From an uncultured Rhodopirellula sp. (GTDB lineage: Bacteria > Planctomycetota > Planctomycetia > Pirellulales > Pirellulaceae): 57,312 bases of DNA. The stretch covers positions 1 through 57,312 of the forward strand of contig CAXGAI010000030.1 in NCBI GenBank assembly GCA_964007735.1, given 5' to 3'. The position numbers were made by a program, and so were the translations under genes. Positions 10,376-18,682 of this stretch are shown here, one piece after another. Under the pieces are notes generated by a model that saw only the letters and a program-made list of their open reading frames with translations, ran no database searches and was not told where the DNA came from. Numbering within the stretch: position 1 is the stretch's first letter; the number at the start of each line of letters is the position of its first letter.

Positions 10376-13300
10376 TTAATCAATAAACCATACCTCGTTA
10401 GAGATAAGTAATGCCTGGGCATAATCGCGTAATGCATTGGCCTGCAGGAAAGTGGTTCCTAACGTCATTTCCTGGTCGGTAGGCGAACGTCCATATACAT
10501 ATCGATAAAGTTGGTTGACCTGTTCGATGGTGCTTCCACTATTAATTCTACTAGCAAGCGCTACGGCCATTCGGCCCATAAATGGACTATTCAACGCAAA
10601 AAGGGCTTGTTGCGGGACAGTGGTGGACGGTCGTTGAGAGGTCGACGAATCTGCATTGGCGGCGTCAAATACCTGAATAATTGTGGGAAGGTTTTGGCGC
10701 TCCACGAACGAATATACTGTTCGTCGATTATTCGTTTCATCTGCAATTGAGGGTGGCCTTCCGTACATGGTGCTGTCCAACAATCCGCTAACAGATAGCA
10801 TCGTATCTCGCATCTGTTCTAGGTCGAGTCGACGCCGATTGAAGCGCCAGTAGTAACCGTTGGTTGGATCCCGTTCTAATTGTTGCTCGTACTGTGCATC
10901 GTCCTCTGGAATAATACTAGTACGTTGGTAGGCCGAACTAGTCAGGATCAGTCTATGAAGCGACTTGGTTTGGTAATTATTCGTTATTAAATAGTTAGCT
11001 AAATAATCGAGGAGTTCGAATTGCAACGGTTTGGAATTTCGTAAACCGAGGTCGCTTGGATCTCCAAATAAAGAAGACCCGAAATGGTGCATCCAAATCC
11101 GATTCGCCCAAACACGAGGTGTAAGAGGGTTGTCAGGGGAGGCAATCGCATTCGCTAAGTCCAATCGCCCCGAACCATTAGAAAACGGCTTTCGCTGATC
11201 TCCTGCTAAAAATTCAAAAAACTGCCGTGGGACTGGGTTTCCACGTTGTACGGGGTCACCTCGTTGAAAAATTACTGGGTCGTATAATTGTGGCTTATCT
11301 ACCAAAATCATGGCTCTCGACGGGGCGTTGCTATCACTCACTGCAAGCGAGTCGATCGAGTTGAGTAACCCCCGATAGGAATCCTTGTCTTGGCGGTCAA
11401 GATAAAAGTACAGTTTCCGTTTCGGGAACCAAACCGGGCTGTCGTCTCCAAGTAGAATCTGCGCCAACTCGTCTTCGTTTGGATCCGGGGTGGAAGCCAG
11501 GCGTTCTTGAAGGGAAGTGATCTCTCTCTTTATTTTGCTCTTACGCACCTTCAGCTTCTCGAGGTATGATTGGTCGTTACTAACATCTATCAGGGGATTA
11601 CCGAGGATTCCCTGGTCATGGGAATTTCCGTCCGTTCCTTCAGTTACAAGGATTGTTAAAAAACGTTCCGAAGGGTCTATTGGTATCGCAATTTCGGGAC
11701 CCGATTGTTGAGCCTTAAATCCCCGATGTCGAAAACGTAGCGTGCCGTCGAGATAGATGGCGACGTCAATCGTACTCATATCCACGGCGCCTCCATGTCC
11801 GATCACGGCCTTAAAAACGCCTTTCTCGAAGGAGTGCTTGTTTCGAATGGCAGCTAAATCGAAGGTTAGTCCTTTGTTGGCATGCAGGCCTAGAAGCCAA
11901 TTCGGTGCAACCCCATAGTCAACGCCGTTAATGGAATTGGTAGTGTGCCCTTGCGATGGCCCGTACCGGATGTAGTCCCATGAGCCAGTCTTGAGCCCGA
12001 CAGGTGAATCGTTAATCTTTAACCCTGTGCTTGAGACAACTTGCGTCGCCGAATTTCGAGGAATAAATACGCCATCAATGAAGGGGTTCTCCGCTAGGAC
12101 AAAGGAATCGGCGGCCGGAGCATCAATAGATCCAGTACCACCTGTTACTGTCTTGCCTGTCGCTGGATGTACCGCCTCCCCCTTTTCACCGTGCCCAAAG
12201 CCATTTCCCCCAGCCACAAGATCAGCAATATTAATCGTGGTTAAACCATCACTAACCAATTGCGCACTGAGCTCTTCAATCTCGGACTGCAGACTCGCTC
12301 GAGCCGACCAAGCGTCGGTGATGAGAGTTCCGTATACGTTAGCAACACCAATGGGGTTTGTTGGCCTCTCTTTTTCCAAGGCGGCAATAACTCGTGGTTC
12401 CACATTTTCCTGACGCCACTTCTCAATTTGCAAGACGGGGCTGGCCATCATGTCAGCCCAGGGTCCAAAAATTCTGTCACCGGATATCGAGTGCTCGGCG
12501 AGGTATTCGCGCCAGGCGTAAGTTATTTGAGGCCTCAACTGTCCTTTAATTAAGGAGAGGAAGAAGATGGTGGTTTCGAGGTTGTCAGGTTCTGTGGTGG
12601 CTGCTTTTATTAAGTGTCGCGTGGTCCGATATCTCGAGTCTTTGAGGGTTGCTTCATACAAGGTCGCTTGACGGTTCTCGATTTCGATAAGCTTGTTTTT
12701 ATAGGCTATCTCGAAGGGTTCTGCGTCCTTCGTAATTTCGGCGATACGAGGCCTGTTGAAGGGTTCTTCACTACTCGCGAAGACACCGTAAAGAGAGTAA
12801 TAGTCCGCAGTAGGGATAGGATCGAATTTATGATCGTGGCATCTCGCACAACTCGCCGTTAAACCAAGGAAGCCGCGAGTAACAACATCTATTTGGTCAT
12901 CGATCACGTCATGAATATTGTTATCAAATAACCGGCCGAGTGTTAAAAGTCCCATCGCCGCTAGTTTGGGTGAACCATCAGGTAGCTCCAACTTGTCAGC
13001 TGCCAATTGCTCTCTGATAAACTCATCGTAGGGCGTGTCGGCGTTGAAGGCACGAATCACGTAATCTCGATAGGTATAAGCAAACGGCCGTATGCGTGCA
13101 TCCCCGTACATAAGGACACCATCCTTGGCATCTGAATATCGAGCTACATCAAGCCAATGCCGCCCCCACCGTTCACCGTACCTTGGTGAGGACAAATACT
13201 TGTCGATTAGCAGAGGTAAATCGGATTTAACGGTGGCCAAATCCTCCAGAGAGGGTGGTAAACCCGTAAGATTATACGCCAATCGTCTTATTAGGGTGCG

Positions 13301-13819
13301 AGTGCTGGCTTGCCCAAGCGTTGTGAAACCCATGGCGTCGAGTTGCCTAGATAGGAGGTAGTCGATGGGGTGTGAGTCTTGAGGAACCTCCGGCACTGAA
13401 ATTTGCTGGAAAGCCCAGTGATCACGCGCCGTCCGTGCTATGTCATCGACAACGCTCCCGTCACGTGGATCCGGAGCGCCGTTGCGAATCCAGTCTTCGA
13501 GATGCTTGATCTGTTCCCGCGTTAAACGTAGGCCACTATCAGCCGGAGGCATTTTAAGTTCTGGGTCGTCATATTTAACGGCCTTGATTAACAAACTTTT
13601 ACTAGGATGGCCCGAAACGATGGCGGGTCCTGAGTCCCCCCCCCTTAGCAGCCCTTCCCGCAAATCAAGGCGTAAATTGCCCTCTGCAACATCCGAATTA
13701 TGGCAATCATAGCAATGCTTGATTAGCAGGGGCCGGATGTGCGTTTCGAAATGCTGGAAATCCGCACCCATCACGGTTTGCGCGACCAAAAGCGACAGTA
13801 ATAAAAATAACGACTTCAT
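10376..13819 (-). CDS. PSCyt1-DUF1549-DUF1553 protein with an inserted NPCBM-like domain
   Basis: CYDCH and CARCHDHKFDP heme motifs, GERWGRHWLDVARY, NPLTPRVWANRIW, TTVPQQALF. Internal LGLHANKGLTFDL...DGNSHDQGILGNP segment resembles NPCBM/NEW2. Confidence 0.88.
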   Translation of the reverse strand: MKSLFLLLSLLVAQTVMGADFQHFETHIRPLLIKHCYDCHNSDVAEGNLRLDLREGLLRGGDSGPAIVSGHPSKSLLIKAVKYDDPELKMPPADSGLRLTREQIKHLEDWIRNGAPDPRDGSVVDDIARTARDHWAFQQISVPEVPQDSHPIDYLLSRQLDAMGFTTLGQASTRTLIRRLAYNLTGLPPSLEDLATVKSDLPLLIDKYLSSPRYGERWGRHWLDVARYSDAKDGVLMYGDARIRPFAYTYRDYVIRAFNADTPYDEFIREQLAADKLELPDGSPKLAAMGLLTLGRLFDNNIHDVIDDQIDVVTRGFLGLTASCARCHDHKFDPIPTADYYSLYGVFASSEEPFNRPRIAEITKDAEPFEIAYKNKLIEIENRQATLYEATLKDSRYRTTRHLIKAATTEPDNLETTIFFLSLIKGQLRPQITYAWREYLAEHSISGDRIFGPWADMMASPVLQIEKWRQENVEPRVIAALEKERPTNPIGVANVYGTLITDAWSARASLQSEIEELSAQLVSDGLTTINIADLVAGGNGFGHGEKGEAVHPATGKTVTGGTGSIDAPAADSFVLAENPFIDGVFIPRNSATQVVSSTGLKINDSPVGLKTGSWDYIRYGPSQGHTTNSINGVDYGVAPNWLLGLHANKGLTFDLAAIRNKHSFEKGVFKAVIGHGGAVDMSTIDVAIYLDGTLRFRHRGFKAQQSGPEIAIPIDPSERFLTILVTEGTDGNSHDQGILGNPLIDVSNDQSYLEKLKVRKSKIKREITSLQERLASTPDPNEDELAQILLGDDSPVWFPKRKLYFYLDRQDKDSYRGLLNSIDSLAVSDSNAPSRAMILVDKPQLYDPVIFQRGDPVQRGNPVPRQFFEFLAGDQRKPFSNGSGRLDLANAIASPDNPLTPRVWANRIWMHHFGSSLFGDPSDLGLRNSKPLQFELLDYLANYLITNNYQTKSLHRLILTSSAYQRTSIIPEDDAQYEQQLERDPTNGYYWRFNRRRLDLEQMRDTMLSVSGLLDSTMYGRPPSIADETNNRRTVYSFVERQNLPTIIQVFDAANADSSTSQRPSTTVPQQALFALNSPFMGRMAVALASRINSGSTIEQVNQLYRYVYGRSPTDQEMTLGTTFLQANALRDYAQALLISNEVWFID

Positions 13820-13983
13820 AGGATCCTTACCGGTTAACTAATCTCGCCATAGACCAATTTTAACTAATCAGAGCCCGCCACGACAAATGAAAAGTTGTAA
13901 GCAAACCACACCAGTTAAGCAGAAAGCGATACTATCGTTTACGATATAACGACAGCTTTAAACTCGGGATTGAGAAGACGGTA

Positions 13984-15639
13984 ATGGAAAAGACAAGTAA
14001 GACACGATATTTCGTAATTGCGGCCTGTATGCTTATGGGGGTCATCCTTTATGTCGATCGTTATGCGTTCGGCATTGCGCAACCCTACATTCGTCAGGAA
14101 CTAGGGCTTACGAAAGCAGACTTCAGCTATGCAGTCAGCTCGTTCTTTTGGTTTTATGCAATAGGTCAAATGCCGGCAGGATGGTTGTCGGACAAGTTCG
14201 GTCCCCGTCTGCTCCTAACAAGCTATATCATTATTTGGTCCTTTTTTGCGGCTACCGTTGGGCTGGCCGGATCCTTGTTAATGCTTTGTTTAGCCAGGGC
14301 TGCGTTTGGCCTTGGGCAAGCAGGTGCGTTTCCAACCGCCTCCGCTGTGGTTGGCCGTTGGATACCAGCACCGCAACGCGGAAAGGCGAGTGGCTTTGTT
14401 GCATTAGGGGGGCGTATAGGCGGTGCAATTGTGCCTATTCTTAGCGCGGTGCTTCTGGTTGCATTCCTTCCAGTCACACAGGTTTACACGCTCACGCCCG
14501 AGCAGATACTTAATGTGCAACAGCTTAATTCAAAAATTGCGTTAGCTTCGACACCAAACAATGAGCCAGAGCATGTACTGTATATCAGCAACCGTCTTTC
14601 ACTCGCCAAAGCGAAACACACGAGTTATACGCGAGAGCAACTGGCCCAAGGGTTTTCGATGCTCATTAACGATCCCACCTTCTTCGACGCGAAGGCCTTC
14701 AATCGGATAAAGAGTTTAGATAATTTCGCTAGTGAGCAGATCGAGCGATTAAGAACTGGGGAAAGCTTAAGCGAACGCAACTCGCAACGATTGAATCGCC
14801 ATCTTCTTGAAGCCGTGTTTCCAGAGGAGATAGAGGGACTATATGTGGCTAGTTGGCGTCCGGTGGTATTTTTGTTTGCGGCTCTTGGTCTGATCGTGGC
14901 GATCGTTGTTTGGTTTGTCTTAAGGGATTATCCAGGTCAGCACCCATTAGTTAGCGCAAGTGAACTGGCGTTGATAGGAGGAAGCTCCCATGTTGAAACT
15001 GACATCCCTAAACTACCACTTATGAATATCCTGAGATGCCGTAGTGTTTGGATGTCTGGTATAAGCCAGTTTTGTGTGAATATCGGCTGGTTATTTATCG
15101 TAACGTGGTTCGTTGACTATCTCATGGAAGTGCATCAGGTAGCCATGTCGGAGCGATCAGATATGATTGCGATGCCTTTGATGGTGGGTTTTGTGGGTAT
15201 GCTAATCGGAGGCTTCGTCACGGACAAGCTGGCCGTCAGGATCGGATTGCGGTTTGGCCGTTCGATTCCGTGGTCCGGTTCCATGATTGTTGCCGCCGCA
15301 TGTTTCCTAGCGTGCCCTTTTTTAGACGACCCCTGGTCGATTACGTGGGCGATGGCCTTAGTAGCGTTAAGTGTGGATTTTTCAGTACCTAGCATGTGGG
15401 CTTTCACGCAGGATGTAGGCGGCCCATATGTTGGCGTGGTATTAGGCTTCGGCAATATGTTTGGGAATTTTGGCGCGGCAGTTTCGCCAATTTTACTGGC
15501 TCATGTTCAGGAAGTGTTTGGGTGGGATGCTATGTTTCAGCTCTGTGGTGGGATCTTTCTATTAGCGGCGTTGGCCGCTTATTTTGTCGATGCGTCAAAA
15601 CCCGTTGAACTAGTTGAGGCAGCTGAGGGCATTAGTTAG
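13984..15639 (+). CDS. MFS transporter (anion:cation symporter / sugar-acid type)
   Basis: YVDR in TM1, GWLSDKFGPR motif A, GLGQAGAFP, about 12 hydrophobic segments, GFGNMFGNFG. Confidence 0.88.
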   Translation: MEKTSKTRYFVIAACMLMGVILYVDRYAFGIAQPYIRQELGLTKADFSYAVSSFFWFYAIGQMPAGWLSDKFGPRLLLTSYIIIWSFFAATVGLAGSLLMLCLARAAFGLGQAGAFPTASAVVGRWIPAPQRGKASGFVALGGRIGGAIVPILSAVLLVAFLPVTQVYTLTPEQILNVQQLNSKIALASTPNNEPEHVLYISNRLSLAKAKHTSYTREQLAQGFSMLINDPTFFDAKAFNRIKSLDNFASEQIERLRTGESLSERNSQRLNRHLLEAVFPEEIEGLYVASWRPVVFLFAALGLIVAIVVWFVLRDYPGQHPLVSASELALIGGSSHVETDIPKLPLMNILRCRSVWMSGISQFCVNIGWLFIVTWFVDYLMEVHQVAMSERSDMIAMPLMVGFVGMLIGGFVTDKLAVRIGLRFGRSIPWSGSMIVAAACFLACPFLDDPWSITWAMALVALSVDFSVPSMWAFTQDVGGPYVGVVLGFGNMFGNFGAAVSPILLAHVQEVFGWDAMFQLCGGIFLLAALAAYFVDASKPVELVEAAEGIS

Positions 15640-15724
15640 TTTCATATAGAGATATTGCGGCGGAGCGGTTTTTGGTTATCTTGGGACAATAATTGAAACG
15701 GAAACACGTTAGAGGAGCTAAGAA

Positions 15725-16075
15725 ATGTCTAAACGCGTTGAATGGTACTATCACCGGGCCGGCTGAACGAGTTGCAAACGAGCGCAAGAGTTTCTTGCGA
15801 AAGCAGGTATTGATCCGATGAATGTCGAAAAACCATCTAAACCGCCTCATCAATTGGCAAAGGCCCGCAGCCTTTTAGAAGAGGTCTCTTTTCTTTATGC
15901 AGCAAAAGGAAAGAAAACTATCACTATCGACTTAAAAACCGAGGTTGTTGATGACGAAGTCATCCATAAATTCATGCTGGGACCCACCGGAAACCTCCGG
16001 GCGCCTGCTATGACAATAGGAAAAACTCTTCTGGTAGGTTTTAATCAGGAGTTATATGAACGGGTCTTTGGTTAA
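15725..16075 (+). CDS. ArsC/Spx-family thioredoxin-fold selenoprotein (UxxC), 116 aa, Sec at TGA 15764-15766
   Basis: AGAGGAG RBS at 15711-15717 and ATG at 15725. MSKRVEWYYHRAG-TGA-TSCKRAQEFL is in frame with the 15818..16075 ORF, which ends with ArsC-like GPTGNLRAP...LLVGF. The TGA occupies the first Cys position of the CxxC motif. Confidence 0.85.
15783..15799 (+). promoter_or_regulatory. Putative bacterial SECIS hairpin
   Basis: Perfect 7-bp stem CGCAAGA/TCTTGCG with a GTT loop. The loop starts 23 nt after the in-frame TGA and has G in the first position. Confidence 0.65.
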
Positions 16076-16101
16076 GATTTAATACGACGAGCGATGATTC
16101 A

Positions 16102-17043
16102 ATGCAGATCCTACTAGTGTTCGTTCATTCCGTTCATCTTTTAGTTGTCGGCATAGGTGTTTGCTTACCGTTGGTCGTCATCTTACTCAATCGAAAAATT
16201 ATACGATTGGAAGACGAGGCTCATCAGGATGCCGTTTGGATAATGAGTCGATCGTTAATCAAGCATAGCTTAACGGCGATCTTGATAGGGAGCCTTTTTG
16301 GTTTCGCACTGGCCGGCGTTGTTTGGTCAGAGGAGTTTCACCAACGGTGTCATTTGTTGATGACCAAGTTCATGTGGGCAGGTGTGGAATGGTTAACGTC
16401 CATCCTGCTCTTAATTGTTGTTTTTGCTCAATGGCGGGCGACACGAGGCGAGGGCAGAGCTTTTTGGATCAGAAGTTTTGTTCTCCTAATTGCCTCCATT
16501 AACCTGCTATATCATCTTCCCGTTCTTTTTATCGTCATCTCCGCTCTTCCCGATGCACAGGTTGAAGCAATGACCGCAGCGCAAGAAGAACTTTCCAGTG
16601 CAGAGTTTCGAACGATCGCATATACCAATGAAAACCTCTCGCGACTGTTGCATACGAGTCTTGCAATGTTGACGACCGCATTTGCCTACGTCGCCATGAT
16701 TGGTATCCGGCAGGCAAATCAGAATACCGCCGGCCCGCGCAGAGATTCTGCCATTTCGATTTGCCGGTGGGCCGCCCGGAATGTATTGATAATCTTATTT
16801 ATACAAATAGCCTTTGGGCTGTGGACTTTGCTTGCAATGTCACGCCCTAGGATGCAAAATCTGTTGGGGGAAGACATACCCGCGACCGCGTTATTCGCAA
16901 CTGCAATGGTGTTGCTGTTTTTTCAACTACAACAGTGGACCGGGCTTCTTGGAGAGCGAATCGACCGTAGACGCCTCGTACAGGCAATCGCTACATTGAT
17001 TACCTTGTACTTTTGTATGGCCGCTGCCTCAAGCTTAAGTTAA
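16102..17043 (+). CDS. Multi-pass membrane protein, possibly CydA-like (heme b-binding)
   Basis: About 8 hydrophobic helices. His12, Glu96 and RLLH184 are spaced like the CydA heme-associated residues. No Q-loop or GRQPW motif. Confidence 0.6.
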   Translation: MQILLVFVHSVHLLVVGIGVCLPLVVILLNRKIIRLEDEAHQDAVWIMSRSLIKHSLTAILIGSLFGFALAGVVWSEEFHQRCHLLMTKFMWAGVEWLTSILLLIVVFAQWRATRGEGRAFWIRSFVLLIASINLLYHLPVLFIVISALPDAQVEAMTAAQEELSSAEFRTIAYTNENLSRLLHTSLAMLTTAFAYVAMIGIRQANQNTAGPRRDSAISICRWAARNVLIILFIQIAFGLWTLLAMSRPRMQNLLGEDIPATALFATAMVLLFFQLQQWTGLLGERIDRRRLVQAIATLITLYFCMAAASSLS

Positions 17044-17095
17044 CGTATTTTACAATCGCTATACTCATGCGGAACATCCTCCTCAGGAAAACAAC

Positions 17096-18016
17096 ATGGA
17101 AGTCATAGAAATTCAAAATGAAATTGGCAATGTCGTCGCCAAGGTTTCCCCAGAAAGAGGTTTCAATCTGTTTTCGTTGATGGTTGATGAAATTGAACTC
17201 TTGTGGTCCGACACAGACTTTTTAGCCGGTAGTGCGAGTGCCTCTGGTAGTGGCACTCCGATTCTATTTCCGTTTCCCGGAAGGTTGAAGGGAAAATCTT
17301 ACAACTACGGCGGACAAGAATACCACATCGATAGTGACGACGGGTCAGGAAACGCAATCCATGGTTTTGTCCTGAATCGGCCTTGGAGGGTAATAGAAAC
17401 ATCCAAGGAGCGAATTGTAGGTGAGTTTCAGCCATCGATAGATGACCCAGGAGTGCTAGCGCAATGGCCCTCCGATTTCATTATTCGATGTACTTATGAG
17501 GCTCAACCCGACGGAATTTCGGCAACTTATTTTATCGAAAACCCTGGGGAATTGGATTTGCCTTGCGGACTAGGTACACATGCCTATTTTCGTGTACCGG
17601 TTGGACAAGGTATTGCTGAAGAGGCAATTGTTACTTGCCCAGTCACCGAACGCTGGACTTTGGAAAAATTACTGGCGACAGGTAATGTCGAATGTTTAGA
17701 TAGTTCGGAGCCGTTAGGACGGGGAATCCGTTTCGGGGATATCACACTGGACGATGTTTTTAGCGGTGTTAGCTTCGCTGATGGGCGAGCAACGGCGACA
17801 ATTTCCAATCCGTCTTCAGGCAAAGCCCTGTTATATACTTGGGATGAGGCCTGTGAATTGTGCGTGATCTACACCCCACCCCACCGAGAAGCGATATGCC
17901 TGGAGCCCTATACGCTTGTTCCGGGTGGACTGGCGTTTGAAACCGGCGAGCACGGATTAATAGAACTTAAGAGTGGTGAATCGTTTAGCCATTCAATGGA
18001 AATAAGATTAAGATAG
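17096..18016 (+). CDS. Aldose 1-epimerase family protein
   Basis: GTPILFPFPGRL, NAIHGFV, GTHAYF, LDDVF, AICLEPYT motifs. Confidence 0.9.
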   Translation: MEVIEIQNEIGNVVAKVSPERGFNLFSLMVDEIELLWSDTDFLAGSASASGSGTPILFPFPGRLKGKSYNYGGQEYHIDSDDGSGNAIHGFVLNRPWRVIETSKERIVGEFQPSIDDPGVLAQWPSDFIIRCTYEAQPDGISATYFIENPGELDLPCGLGTHAYFRVPVGQGIAEEAIVTCPVTERWTLEKLLATGNVECLDSSEPLGRGIRFGDITLDDVFSGVSFADGRATATISNPSSGKALLYTWDEACELCVIYTPPHREAICLEPYTLVPGGLAFETGEHGLIELKSGESFSHSMEIRLR

Positions 18017-18030
18017 TCTACGTCAGCTCC

Positions 18031-18075
18031 AAAAAAACAGGGGCCGGTTCGTAGGATCGAACGGGCCCCTGTTTT
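18031..18075. terminator. Bidirectional intrinsic terminator
   Basis: AAAACAGGGGCC...GGCCCCTGTTTT inverted repeat with A/T tails, between convergent genes. Confidence 0.85.
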
Positions 18076-18097
18076 CTATTAGTAGGGTGTGAGCCTT

Positions 18098-18493
18098 CTA
18101 CTCTTCTACCGTTCCGGGAAGTTTTCCGGCTTCGATCAGTGACTGGTAGGTTTTACCTTCGGGGTTCTTTTCAGCCAGCACTTTTTTCAACCCATCATCA
18201 AATTCCTTCTTCACGGCCGTCGCTTCTTCTCGGACACGAGTGGAACTGTAGTTTGTCTTCTTAAAGTGTTTGGCGAAAGCTTTGCCAAAATCATTCTTAT
18301 TCTTCTTGCTGGTACCAAAATGGCACAAATTACATTTTTTCTCTTTGGCGGCAGCCACGAAATCAGCGTCTTTACTTGTGTTGACATATCGTTCAGTGAA
18401 AGCTTTGGCAAAGGCTGGGATGGCATGAGCTTTTTCAGCGGAACCGATAAAAGTGACTGCAGAAATGGCGAGTAACACGGCGAACTTCTTCAT
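18098..18493 (-). CDS. Small secreted monoheme c-type cytochrome-like protein
   Basis: Signal peptide ending AHA, one CNLCH motif, NDFG, Lys-rich. Confidence 0.75.
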   Translation of the reverse strand: MKKFAVLLAISAVTFIGSAEKAHAIPAFAKAFTERYVNTSKDADFVAAAKEKKCNLCHFGTSKKNKNDFGKAFAKHFKKTNYSSTRVREEATAVKKEFDDGLKKVLAEKNPEGKTYQSLIEAGKLPGTVEE

Positions 18494-18682
18494 TAGTCTT
18501 CTCCAATCTTAATACTTAAATTCATGTTGTTTAAACCCCCAAACGCCACAAAGGTTTCGGTGATTATTAAAACAAACCTATCTATACGATATCGGCTGTT
18601 GGGATGGTCCCTATTAGTAGAACTACGTCATTTCTGAGTGTCAAGATAGTGAATTTGAAAAGCTTTTTCCGATCTGTGAGGG

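Noticed and set aside
15818..16075. The 85-aa ORF as a complete gene, or the locus as a nonsense pseudogene
   Set aside because: It lacks the active-site N-terminus. The upstream RBS/ATG, the TGA at the catalytic Cys position and the adjacent hairpin favour Sec recoding. A pseudogene cannot be fully excluded without seeing sel genes.
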